64,000 bases of DNA from Hyphochytrium catenoides. Its lineage: Eukaryota > Protista > Hyphochytriomycota. How positions within the stretch are numbered: the first letter of the stretch is position 1; each line of letters opens with the position of its first letter. The notes under the pieces were generated by a model. That model made no database searches and had not been told where the DNA came from. It saw only the letters and a program-made list of their open reading frames with translations. The translations under genes and the position numbers were made by a program. The stretch lies in contig FLMG01003947.1 of the NCBI GenBank assembly GCA_900088475.1, positions 124,001 to 188,000 on the forward strand, in the 5' to 3' direction. Below are positions 16,137 to 28,329 of this stretch, piece by piece.

Positions 16137-17714
16137 ATGGGCTACATAGTGGGCCGAATGCGAAAGGTAAGAGAGTCAGCTTCGGATGGAGCTTCTCAGG
16201 ACACTCTCAGTAAGGGATGAACCGGTGGCCTATCGAGTGCGCGAGGAAGTTGACAGTGCTGTTTGTTAATGCAGACTGGTAACCTACTGCGGCACTTTTC
16301 AAGCGGCAAGAGAGAGAGCTCAGGCAGCTCATCCAACGACAGTCAAAGGAAAACATTGAGGTTATTTGCCACTTACGCAGCCTTGTTCGTTGGAGGCTAT
16401 TACATCGGAACGCAACCCCAAGTCGTTAATGGCTTGCGCAGCCTCCTGGGTCGTAATAAGTCAGAGGTACGCCCAGCAGGACGCTGTGTTAGGTAGCGTA
16501 TCGTCAACAACTAATTTCAAGTTCTAGAGATCATCCTCCTTGAACAGCAGACGCCTCAGGATAACACATAGAGCTTTCCTGGACACTGCGATAGACGGGA
16601 AGCCAGGTGGCCGGATAATTCTTGGTCTATACGGCGAAGCACAGCCGCGGGCTGTGGAACAGTTTGCCCGGCTTTGCGCCGCGCACGCTTCTACAGCGGG
16701 AGACGCGAAGACAACGATTGCTAGCTATAGGGGTTCAGCCTTTCATAGGATAGTCCCAAACAACTTGTACGTCTGGACATAGCTCTCGGAGCAGATCTGC
16801 TTTCTCACTATATTTGTTACCCCTAATGTCCGTGGGTTTTCACTTCATCCTTCCCTCTGTCTGTCCCAACTCTTACCCTTTGCTCTTGCCCCGTGGGTCA
16901 CCTTTGTCGTCTTTTGGCTCTTCACTTCTCTGTCGCCGTTCCTCCTTCCCTTGCGTCTGCCAAAATAACACTCCTTCACACTTCTCTGTTGTACATCGAC
17001 CTGTTCGGGGCTACTAGCATTCAAGCAGGTAGAGGGATTTCCACCGTGCAAGGTAAGGATTATCTGCATCCTCCTCCGTCACACTCACCAACCACCTGCT
17101 TCACAGCTGATGAGGTTGCTGGAGACCTCGACAACAATCAGCGCACAATGTTGCAGGCTGGACCCGGCACCGTAGCTCTCTCGCGGTCAGAGAAGGGAGA
17201 GATAGGTCCAGACTTTTACATCATCACTGGAAAGGACTTCAGGTCCGAGGAGGCGGTAGTTGTTGGCAGCGTCTTAGAAGGTAATAATACGGGCCCTTTC
17301 TTTCTCTTTCAAAGGGGCGTCACTGTCTCCATTGGAGTGTCTCTTCTGTTGAATCCCACGGACCAAGCATTTTCTTGTCGTCCTGACTATCCCATCTTAT
17401 TATCTTTTCCAGGCATGGATGTTGTTAAAAAGATTGAAGATTGCGGCGATTCTTCTGGCAAGCCAGTCCATAGCATCACGATAGAGAACTGCGGGACGGT
17501 AGAGGGAGACGATGATGCCTCAGAACACTTGCCATCTCCTCCAGTGGACGATGAGGAGCGGCTTCTTGACAGGTTGGAGACTCTCCGGGCTCTGGAGAGA
17601 ACTCTGCATGAACGAAAGGCAGCTTTGGACCCTGAGATTGTGAAGAACACATTCGAGATGGTTGAAACCGAGAAGAAAAGAGTGAAGAAAGAGTTGAAAG
17701 CGCTCAAAAAGTGA
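16137..17714 (+). CDS. Cyclophilin-like protein with N-terminal hydrophobic segment and C-terminal coiled coil
   Basis: ITHRAFLDTAIDGKPGGRIILGLYGEAQPRAVEQFARLC, YRGSAFHRIVPNN/FIQAG, GPGTVAL and VVVGSVLEG/MDVVKKIE..GKP..SITIENCG match the cyclophilin pattern. The ATG at 16137 is tentative. Confidence 0.85.
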
Positions 17715-18107
17715 CTCTATCAGGTTTAAACACACCTTTTTCTATAGCGGGTAATCTATTTATGTAATTCGGAGTCTTCCGATCTGCCGTGCCGTCCTAA
17801 ACTTTGTCTCCCCAATATTCCCTTTAGTCATCCTACTCCCTTTCTCTTTCACTGTCTCTCTATCAAGGGGCACCATAACGTAAGGAGTAGTCAGCAGCTC
17901 ATGGCTGATGGAGCTAGTGACCCCAGGCGAATCTATGGTATCCCGACGCTTGTGACTCTATGCCTAGTCTTCCTTGTCTTTGCTTCTGTGAGAGAGCGGG
18001 ACAAGACAGCAGGACTTAGTGGCGCCTGAAGAGCAATAATGTTCACATGGCTAATTCATGAGTGATGATGTCGAGCGTGAAGAAAGATAGGTTGATCGGG
18101 CAAGGTA

Positions 18108-19108
18108 TTAAAAGGATAACGTTGAGAAGCTGAAGGATGGAAGTCTAGCGAAGTGAAACGAAGGCCGACTGGCATAATAGATTCCATGGCACAACCTTCT
18201 CCGCTTTGCCTGACGAATAACCCAAGCTTTCTGGATAACAATCGCACATGTGTCTAAGAGTCGAGAGATGCGGTAATTTCTATACTTTGTTTGGATGAGA
18301 AGAGCCGCCCTCTCTCTTGCTCGCCTCTCCCACTTACGCAGATCATTCAAATCCTCCAGCTCCTGCTGAATCTTCAAACTGTTGACACGACTGCGCTTAG
18401 TAGAGATGCGCACAGAGCACATAAAGCAGGGGGTACATATGGGTAACAGCTAATTAACGTCTGAGATGAGGGAGGAAAAGGCAACTCACCTATCCAAGAG
18501 ATCAAATGTCTCTCCCAACCTTTGTCTCTCTTTCTTCCTCTGAAGTTCTTCCTCCTCCAGAAGCTTCAACAGCAGAGTCTCCGCATAGGTGCGCCGTGCT
18601 AGATGACCACGGACAACCCTGTCAGGTCACACCAGACAATGAGCTTGAGGGCTTGCACAACGCTTGGCGAAATAAAGACACAGAATCGCCGAAGAGGAGA
18701 GCCCGCCAGTAGGGAAAGGGAGATGGCGAGAATTGGTAAACGAATAAGGAGATGAAGCTGCAAGCTTTACCTCTGAATAGCAATGCTTGCCTCATCGGCT
18801 GCCGGTCTTAAGGTTGGAGCGAGGAATATAGACGAAGATGGTCTCCCAAAGCTTCCCTCTTCGGCGTCTGAAAGACCTGCCTTTGCGGTCTTGTCCGCCT
18901 TACTTTCAGCTATAATCTCAGCGACGGGAGCGCCGGTAAAGGTCTGGAAGGCCTCAAGACTATCGAGACCTTTTGTCCCATCAAGCACCTTTCTCACCTC
19001 TCTCTGATACTGCTCATCAGAGAGGAGGATCCCGTTGTTAACTTGGCCCACCCAGCCCTCGTCTAAATCTGGGGATCGGGCTTCTGAAGACTTCGAATGA
19101 CCACTCAT
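18108..19108 (-). CDS. IQ calmodulin-binding motif protein, 3 exons
   Basis: Splicing gives ASIAIQR/VVRGHLARR, then AALLIQTKYRNYRISR and AIVIQKAW, with a charged coiled coil between them. Confidence 0.75.
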
Positions 19109-20390
19109 CTCGTCGAGGAGGAAAGAGTTTATCCAGTTAACGATGTGTCAAACACCATGCAGGGGCCAAAGAAATGTAGCTTCGCCATGTAATGCACATT
19201 GCCCCCCTTAAGAACCCTCTGCGATCCACGAGTCCAGCCTGTCAGCTTACGATCCTATTTTCATCGATTGCCCGTTAAAAGGGGAACAGTCCACCAGCTA
19301 CTCCTGTTCCATTTCCTATCAAGCGACAGGAAGGGTCTCTTTATGCCTTATAGGTCTGCTAAAGAAGCTGGTGAGCCCGACTGCTAAGTGATATGTCACC
19401 GCTGGCATGCTCACATGCGCGTGATGAACAAGCGGACCGCGGGAGACACCGCGATGCACAGCCGATAGTCTGGCCTCGCCACGATTGCCATCGACACGGA
19501 TGTGAGCTCGAGCGGCAGTGGAGATTTGTGATTGCCAAAGCTATATTATCTCATGGTATAAGACAGAGTGTCGCCAGAGATATCGCGACAGCTTATGAAA
19601 GGTAATCCTCCTACTGTACAGCTAACATTCTTCCAGCTGGCGAACCGGGAGACAGAGCGCCTTAGAGATATCAGGTCAAACAGCAGAAGTCAGTCATGAA
19701 CAAGCAGGTGAATGACCCTAAACAAAGACAGAGTTACGAAGAGATGATATGATGGACCCACTGTTTTCTTTTAGGTTTTCCTCATTGTAGCCGTTAGCGA
19801 CTCTCGCGGCAAGCCTGACAGTTTTGGGTTTGTTCTCAGCAGCACAAAATTTCTATCAAAATTTGGTAGAAGCATAAAATTTGTCGTGTTGTGTGTGTTC
19901 TCAGTACAAATGTATGGGGTTCCTTCCCTCTTTCCCCCTTTTCCCTGTTGTCATTCTCGCAGTGCTTCTAATTTTTTCTCTCTTTCTCTCTCTCGAGCTT
20001 TCTGTCTATCTCACACATGTTAGAGGTCCTATTTTTATTGTATTAAGATGGGTCCTTCTCACTCTGTCTGTGACGACATTACTCTGTCTTGCAGTCGTCT
20101 TAGCTTCGACCAATAACTTTGCCTTGGTCCGCTGTGTTATCTTCTTATTATCTCTTCTTCGCTTCTTTCCTGCTCTGTCTGTCTCTATTTGTCACTCTTC
20201 CTCACTCTGTCTAGTTGCCCACTCTAGTCAATGGCTCCTCTCTCTATGTCTTTCTCTTCTTCTCTGTCTTTCCTCTCTCTCTCACTCTTTTTCGCTAGTT
20301 CGTAACCCTCTTCTTCACTCTGTTCCCTCACTTATCTTCCTCTTTCTTCCTATCTCTCACAGGCTCTTTCTCTCTTCCTCATCCATCTCT

Positions 20391-20418
20391 NNNNNNNNNN
20401 NNNNNNNNNNNNNNNNNN
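20391..20418. other. Assembly gap (N run)
   Basis: Run of N adjacent to a CT-rich tract. Confidence 0.99.
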
Positions 20419-20915
20419 GATGAGAAGCTTTGGCTCTTCCTCCTCCGACACCGCCAAAGTTCCCTCATTGGCCTGATGAGGAAGTAGAAGGAAAAGTAGA
20501 AAGACGGACAAGAAGGTTATTGGCGAGAGAAGCCCAAAGAGAGATTGAGAAAGAGAAAGAGAGAGAGAAAGGGAGAGAAAGAGAGAGAGAGGAAGAGTCC
20601 ACACTTGAGACAGAGGGAAACAAGTCATGAACAGGCGTGCGCCTTCCTAGATAAAAGATTTAGACACGCAGGAGGTACAAGAGATACGAAGAGCAGAAGC
20701 TTCCCTTCTCGACTACGCGTGCCCTGAAGTCCCTAGAGCGTCCCTGACTACCTAGCCTTATTCAATCCGAGAGATAGGCAGCCGGGTGAAGAAGAGAGAG
20801 AAGGAGGGGCCCCTTTCTGGCGACGGGCGACGCTCTTCGCGCCGCCTTCTGCTTCTCCTCTCCTCCATCCCTGACGCTCACCATGTGAAGGACTAACAAA
20901 AGGGGAGAATCAAAG

Positions 20916-23900
20916 ATGCAAAAGCAACGCAGCTGGGAGGAAGAGGAGAAAATGTGCCGCCACCGGGGTGAAGACAACTCTCTCTCGCTCTCGCTGGAAC
21001 CATCCACAGGACACGATGAAGATCTGGAAAGCGTGCAGACGAGAGGGAGAGGCCGCTCCGTAGTGATTGAGCAGATGGGGGATGGAGAAGAAGATGAAGA
21101 AGAGATCACTTTCTCTTCTCTCACGCCCACTCCTCGGCCTGCAGTTCCTAGCGCTGCGCTCGCCTCTCAGTCAGAGATAGACGGGTCTTCAGATAGGAAT
21201 GAAGACATGGGCTCACCATTCAGAAGAGGCAGACAGAGGGCACGGTCAATAGTAGGAGGAGCGATAGGGGAGCTAGGGGAAGAGGGCGAAAGTTCTACCC
21301 TGGAAGAGAGAGAGAGAGAAGAAGAAAAAGCGTCTGCTCTGGCTGCCAAAGCTGCAAACCTAACGAAGCTTTACCTAGCTGGAGGCGCTCCTGTGACAAG
21401 TTTAGACTTCCCGCCGCCTTCGGAAGGCACGCAGGCCGTCATTCATAGTCCCAGAGGAGCTTTGACAGAGAAGGCTATAGAGGTTCTGTCGGAGGGATTG
21501 CACCACATGGACTTTGTGAGAAAAGGAGAGAACAGTGACCCGTATGACCCAGTGAAGGCGGAGGAAGAGCTGGAAGAAGAGATGCTAGTCAGTGAGGAGG
21601 CCAGAAGGTTAAGAGAAGAAAAGAAGTTGCAGGAGGAGGAGTTAAGAGAGGTTCGTTGGCCCTCCTGCAGTTCACCTCTCCCTCGTTTGGTCTAGCTCTC
21701 TCTCTTGTTCCCGCTCTCCTTCTCTCTTGGCAACTTAATACCCTCCTTGTCTCATGAGCTGTCTTGCACTCCGTCTCTCTCTTTTTGCGTGTTACCCTTC
21801 TGTCTTCCTCTGTTCCACTTCTTTCCCTATTCGTAGCAATCTATCTCTTTCGCGCTGGCCCTACTTTTCTCTCTGTTTCGCTATTTCTTATCTTTCCACT
21901 GTGAAGAAGCATACCTGGTAGTTGTCTTTTGACCGCCCATACAATGCCTGCCTTTATAGGAAGAGCAGAGACGCCTGGAAAGCTGGAAGAAGAAGAAAGA
22001 GCCCATTTCCAACCGTTTACGACATTACATTGGCCAGGCTCTAGAGAAAACAGAAGCAGTAGGAGAAGAGAGAGCAAGCGAGCGATCCTCTTCTTCATTT
22101 GTCCCCCCTTTGGTAAGCCCTTTATGTCCTCGCCTCATCTATCTCTTCTCTCTCTCTCTGTGTGACTCTTTTTCTTTTTCTGTTTCTGTGTCCCACTTCC
22201 TTCCCCCTGCTCTTGCGTCCTACATATCCTTCCCGCGCTCCTTCTTTCGAATGCTTCTTCTCGTTCGTATGTAACACTCGTTCCGCGGTGTAGATGCGTC
22301 GCTTTAGTTTACGATCGGAGACAGAGAAGAAGAGGGATGGAGAGACAGAAATTATTGAAACCGCCACTGCACCGTCTCCTGGTGCAACTGCGGCATCACC
22401 GGCTTCAGCTTCTGGCAGTCGAGAGGGAATGAGTCCTCGAAAAAAATTCAAGGTCAAGCTCCTTATGCTGGGGGACAGCGGTAAGCGCCATAAAGGACGA
22501 CATACGAGCGAACCACCAGAAGAGAGAGAAAAGGAGAGATTGGAAACGAGGCCAGGGCCAACGAATGCCGAAATAGAGGAGAGCTAGCCTAAGCTTGTAG
22601 CGCATCTAAAGGAAGGAAACTCCCAGCATCGTTAGGCAGGTGTCGAAGGGCTTGCCAATTTAAGTGACATTACTTCTGGTTCCTCTGTCGCACTATGTAG
22701 GCGTTGGCAAGACGAGTATCATGCATCGGTGGAGCAAGGATGCTTTCTCGGAGTCCATGCTAGCTACAGCAGGGTACGCATCTCTTTGAGCACTTTTAGG
22801 AAGTGTATGGACGCCTTAAAAGCTCAGACATTCTGTCAATTATTCATCACCCTTAAGGACCAATACCGCCGCTTGGAAACCTCACTCTTACTTTCCCTTC
22901 TCACTTCTGCTTCTTTCATCCCTAAGTAGCTAGCGATCTTACTACTCTGGAAACGTGTATAGAAGCTTCCCAGTAAACACATTCTGACTTCTGCCACGCC
23001 CTTACCCGGTACAGGGTCGACTTCGCATCGAAGACCATTCATCTTGATGACGGAAAGGAAGTAGCAGTGCAGGTCTGGGACACGGCGGGACAGGAACGCT
23101 TTAGAAAAATAACAGCGAGTAGGGCCCTAGTTTCTCCATTGCTTTCTTCGGCGCGCAAGCTCTTATCACGGTTTCTCCTCTTCCGATCTCTCTCTCTCTC
23201 CTATCCGTTCAAATGTTAGCGTACTACAAGGGAGCCAATGGCATCATCCTGGCTTACGATGTATCGGCGCGACGTAGTTTTGAAAGTAAGTGTACCTTCT
23301 CACATATGGTTCCTCTACTTGTGAATCTATCCGCTTGCCGACCATGCAACCATCTCTAACCGGTCCACTAATTTAGCTGCTAGCTTGGTTGCCAGCTCCC
23401 TCCTACGCTAACTTCTGGTGCCGCACTTTATCTCAGATATTAGCCACTGGCTGGACAGCATTAAGAAGCATGCCAGCTATACAGAAGTGGCCATCATGTT
23501 AGTAGGCAATAAGATTGATTTGCAGCAGAGGAGAGTCTCAACGCAAGAGGGAGCCGCCTTTGCAAAAGCCAACGGCATTCGCTTCTTTGGTAAGTACGCT
23601 GAAAGAGAGAGGAGATGGCAAAGGCTACGGCGCCTCCTGAAATATACCGCTGTGGAGGTGTCGGCAGTTCCCTCTCTTGATGTCATGGCCTTGTATCTCC
23701 AAGTTCTATACTCGAATACCGCTTCTCTTCCCTCAAGCACAATACTGCCCCTGATTGCTCTCCACTTTGTCCGATCCACTATAGAGACAAGCGCTCGTGA
23801 AGCAATCAATGTGAATGAGGCCTTGGCGGCAATAACCAGGGACTCCATCTACTGTTCAGCCATGAAAGGTAAAGAAGGTTGCTCGTTCTATCTCCCTTTC

Positions 23901-24146
23901 TGCCGCTTGATTGCCGTGCACTTCATATTGACGAGACCCTTGTCCTTGACGAGCTTTGGTCAGAAGAGGACAATCTCCCTTTTCTCTCTCGGATCTTCCG
24001 GACACCCTGGGACAAGATACTTATAGGCTCTCTCTGTGTTTCATGGCTCTTCCTTGTGTGTAGGTCAGGGAGGTCAGAAAGCGCTGCTGAAGGAGGAGCA
24101 AGTGTCCAAGCCAAACGGCAGACGGGACGACTGTATCATATCATAA
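20916..24146 (+). CDS. Rab-family small GTPase (Rab1/8/18-like) with a long acidic N-terminal extension and CaaX tail
   Basis: [15 protein letters not shown] (G1), [36 protein letters not shown] (G3), VGNKID (G4), ETSAR (G5), ending DDCIIS* at 24146. Upstream exons 20916-21650 and 21960-22112 splice in phase 0 onto 22294. Confidence 0.9.
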
Positions 24147-24356
24147 TTCTAATATTATTGTTACCTACAAGCCCTAGACATAGCCACTTTACTTATGGCT
24201 GCAATCACCCATATAGAAATCATTCGTCAAAGAAATCATTCGTCAAAGGTGTCTGTCTGTCCTCCATGCACCTGCATAACAGTCAGTAGCCGTACTTTGT
24301 TGTTCTGGTGCTATTTCTCTCTTGACGTTGCTTTGTCTTCCGTCCTACTGCTCTCT

Positions 24357-25166
24357 CTACATCTTGCCCTCCACCGGTAACTTGGCTGCGGCAGCTTCAT
24401 CAACAAACCAATGTAGTTCGCCAAAGTGGGTGAAGATGCGAGCTGCAGGGAGAGAAGGCTCCCTCTTCTCATAACCAAGCATGTGTGGGAGAAGACCAGC
24501 CTTGCTTTCGCCTGTAGCCACAAACGCCACCTGAGATGAAGGAGAAGGCAAACCAGAGAGTAAGTTAAGTTAGATTGAGCTGTACATTACGGCAGAGCTC
24601 TTCCGTTCTTCCCATTTCCTTGATCTTCTGACCTGCCAGTGCGTTACTGCTCTAGTCTTTCTTCTCTCTTTTAGTCTCATCTTAATCTCTCTTCCATCCT
24701 TGCCACTTTGGCTCGCCCCACTGTCGTGTATCCATTACTCCCCTCTTTACTTCTCTCCTACCGTCTTTGCATTGTTAATAACAGGATATGTAAGGGTAAT
24801 CCGTCGGGGCGGAGGCTTAGGCGAGTCCTCAATATGAGCAACAAAGAGGCTGTGCTCTTTCAGTAGCTGGTGGCCCGGAAAGAGGGAAGCTGTATGGCCA
24901 TCTGGACCCATCCCAAGCAGGATCAAGTCAAACACCGGAAGCTTGTGGACAAGGTTCACGGTAGGGGGGACAGAGGAGCAAGAATAGAGAGAGAGGAGAG
25001 AGAGAGAGGGAGAGAGAGAGAGAGAGAGATAAGTCAGACAGGCACTGACGATTGGGTTGGCGAGAAAGATGCTAGCTATCAGTTACTGTGATTGCACAGA
25101 GCTAGACATGAGGTAAGCGACGCAATTAGTGGAGACGAGCAGGAGATGCAAGTTAGGAACATAAAT

Positions 25167-25217
<51 letters not shown>

Positions 25218-25887
25218 AAGAGGAGGANNNNNNNNNNNNNNNNNNNNNNNNNNNNNNNNNNNNNNNNNNNNNNNAGCTGCTGTGTATAGTCCTTTGCAGC
25301 TTCTTCAGGCGTGAGAGACGCGTCCAGCTTGTGAATCTGTGTCTCTGAGACTCCAAGCTGATTAAAGGGACTGTTAGAAGATGTGGCTCCAGATGATAGG
25401 GTCATATCCAGTGCAAGAAGTAGAGAGACACACAAGACCCGAGTACGGGAGACAAAAGAGGAATAATCAACACATAAGAAAGTGTCATAAAGAGTGAGAG
25501 AGCTGAAGTGAGAGGGAGAGAGAGAGAGAGACGGAGAGAGAGCTGAAGTGAGAGGGAGAGAGAGAGCGGGGGCAAAGGGGGGGGAAGAGAGAGAGAGAGA
25601 GAGAGAGATGAGAGGAGGTATAGCCAGCTCACCGGCTGCAGAAAACCCTCATAGCATGCTTTATAGTTGCTGTCTTCATGGTCTGAGGGGACACAACGCT
25701 CGTCCGCGAAGAAGACTTGCCACTTAGAGACTTCCAGAGAGGAAGAGTCCACCTGTGAGACCCCCTGATGGAGGACCTGGAGGTGCAAAGGGAACATGTG
25801 AGCAAAGAAAGGCAAAGAGGGGAGAAGTGGACGAGTCAGAACGGAAGAGCGAGGATAGAATAAACGACAGAGAGGGAGAAAGAGGGA

Positions 25888-25948
<61 letters not shown>

Positions 25949-26554
25949 CGTAAGGCAGATCCAGTCAATGAGAGGGCTTGAGAGGCTCAGTGACTAACCT
26001 TGGGCAAGGATCCTCCTGATAGAGCTAGGGTAAACATTCCTCTGTCCTTGATGGCTTCCTGACTAATCTTCTGAACAAAGCGGCCCAGCTCTTTCCCGAG
26101 TGCTGAAGCATCTTCATAGCGGTGCAGAAGGGGCCGGCCGCCTAGAGAGACAAGAAAACAGAGACACACAGAGCAAACAGACAGCACTTAGAGCAAGGAA
26201 ACTCATCTCATCTCATCATCATCATCATCATCTCTCATCACAGCGCTGAAGAAGTATGGGAGATGGTAGGGACAAAGAAGAAGAGGCGAGAACCCGCCAT
26301 CAAGAGTAGAAGAGAAGGCAATGGATCCGGACAAGATACATACCAGTCATCGTCCCAGTCTGTTGACCTGTCGAACAGTGAGGTTCTTCTGGAGGAAGAG
26401 CTGCGGGGCAGGAGGAAGACAGGGGAAAGCTTGTTTCTTGAGCTGATGCCAGGAGGAAGCTCTCAAGTACAGAGGACAAGAGCAAATGAAGCCAGCACAG
26501 GAGGAAGGGCAACCTATGAGACACACGGAACGAGACTCGACAAGGACGTGACAT
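24357..26554 (-). CDS. PGLS: 6-phosphogluconolactonase
   Basis: Motifs [80 protein letters not shown] and WFVDEAAA. One exon end lies in the 25228-25274 gap. The start may be 26554 or the later Met of MTG. Confidence 0.95.
25228..25274. other. Assembly gap hiding a PGLS exon/intron junction
   Basis: N run between the coding stretch DYTQQ and an (AG)n tract. Confidence 0.97.
25870..25946. repeat. (AG)n microsatellite in a PGLS intron
   Basis: Near-perfect AG run, which reads as (CT)n on the sense strand. Confidence 0.95.
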
Positions 26555-26659
26555 GAGCCGTGTCCAAGTATTGAAAGGAAACGAGTCAGAATGGGTTTGA
26601 AAGAGGGAGGAACTACCTTCCCCAACACGAACGAGCAAGAAGGAAAAGGCAAGGAGAAA

Positions 26660-26853
26660 AGGGAGAAAAGACAGAGAGAGAGAGACAAAGAGAGGGAGAA
26701 GTGAGAGAGAAAGAGAGAGACCAAGGAAGAGAGAGAGAGAAACAGGGAGAGAGAGAAAAAAAGAGAGAGAAAGGGACAGAGAGAAAGAGAGAAAAGGAGA
26801 GAGAGAGAGGGAGAGAGAGAAAAAAAGAGAGAGAGAGAAGGGGAGAGAGAGAA

Positions 26854-26915
<62 letters not shown>

Positions 26916-26935
26916 GGAGAGAGAGTGAAAGAAAG
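26660..26935. repeat. Long polypurine (GA)-rich tract upstream of PGLS
   Basis: About 270 bp of almost only A and G, with a local 12-bp AAGAGAGAGAGA-type periodicity. Confidence 0.9.
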
Positions 26936-28329
26936 AGATGCGAACAGGAAGAAAGGCCACCGCTCTAAATAAAGCGTCAGAAAGGTTTGACGCCAAAGAT
27001 CCAACACCAGACATGGGAAGCATCCCTAACCCAGCTAATTCCGAATCCGACTGATCATTGGATATGAATTAATAATAGAAAACCCTATTATCCCGAATGC
27101 CCTCCTAGCAGCTTCTGATAGTGTTCTGATGGATCTTTCGCGCAATCTTCTAAGAATCTTCACGCATTATCGTGGCAGAATAATGAACGCAGACGATCCG
27201 GATAGAGATCCCACAGTCGAAAGCGAAAGGCCTGACTGCAGAGATGGAGAGGAAGAAGATGATGAAGAAAGTAGAGGAAGAAGGATGAGCTTCACATCGG
27301 GCATAGAAGGCGGCGAAGGAGAGTAGATATGGAGAGGCCGAAGAAGGAGAAGAGCTATATGGGTCAGGCTAGAAAGGCTAGGTGCCGCGATGGGTACAGA
27401 TGCCAGTGGATAGCCTAGCGGGAAGGCTAGATGCTTTTCAGTCTAGAAACCCCGCTACGCTCATTGTCTCAATCTTAAGCGGCAGGCGGCTGCATCGTCT
27501 ATAGGCTAGTAATCCTAAGCGTTAAGTGGGTTTCCAAGTGACATTTTTCTTACTGGGATGACAACGATGACACTAGACGCTAGAAGCTTCCGCCAGAGGA
27601 ACCAAAGTCTTCTTGACTTAAATTCAGCTGCTAGCGGCTGGAGCTGGATGCTGGGCAGCTTCCACTGCTTTCTCAATCCTCTCATCAGTCATGTTGGTGA
27701 ACAAGCCTCCTTTCCCTTAGGTGGGCTCGCCAGCTCTTCCCAGCAGCTTGTGTGCTGTTAGACCTTTCAAGGTGTCTCTGGCTTTGCCGTGTCCAGTCCG
27801 CTCTGAAGGTACCTTACGCTAAGTTAGAGCCGCTTTGAAGCTGAGTAACGTTGTGCCCCTCTCCATCACTAAAGATAAGCCGCCAGGCGGATGAGAAGGC
27901 CGGTCTGTCCACGGACACTGACTTCAAGCATATGGGCGAAAGAGTCTGACAGACAAAGTGACACTAGCACTTTATTGATAGGATTGATAGCTCGAGAGTT
28001 GAGCTTTGCCCGCTTATTGGGCTTTTTATAAACAGCCTTACCACGGGGAGATGAAGTGCGTCTAGATCCCTCCCATGTCGGCGGCTGTTGGCTGTCTATC
28101 TTTGGCCGTTGGGTCTGTTTTTGGCCACACAAATCTGAGTAGTGTGTCTCCCGCTTGGCTCTCACCTGCCGGTCAGCGACGCAGCCGTCACCGCAAGAGA
28201 GCCCCAGAGAGCAAGTTGATATGTGGGCTATGAGAGGAGAGGAGAGAGTTGAAAGCAAAGAAGATACCTCGCGTGTACGGGATACAGAGAGGGAAGAAGG
28301 CGAGAGCTACCTCTGCAGCTCGGAACCTA

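Noticed and set aside
24357-24368. C-terminal GKM of 6PGL as a peroxisomal PTS1
   Set aside because: Gly at -3 is non-canonical. Too weak to call without a predictor or orthologue support.
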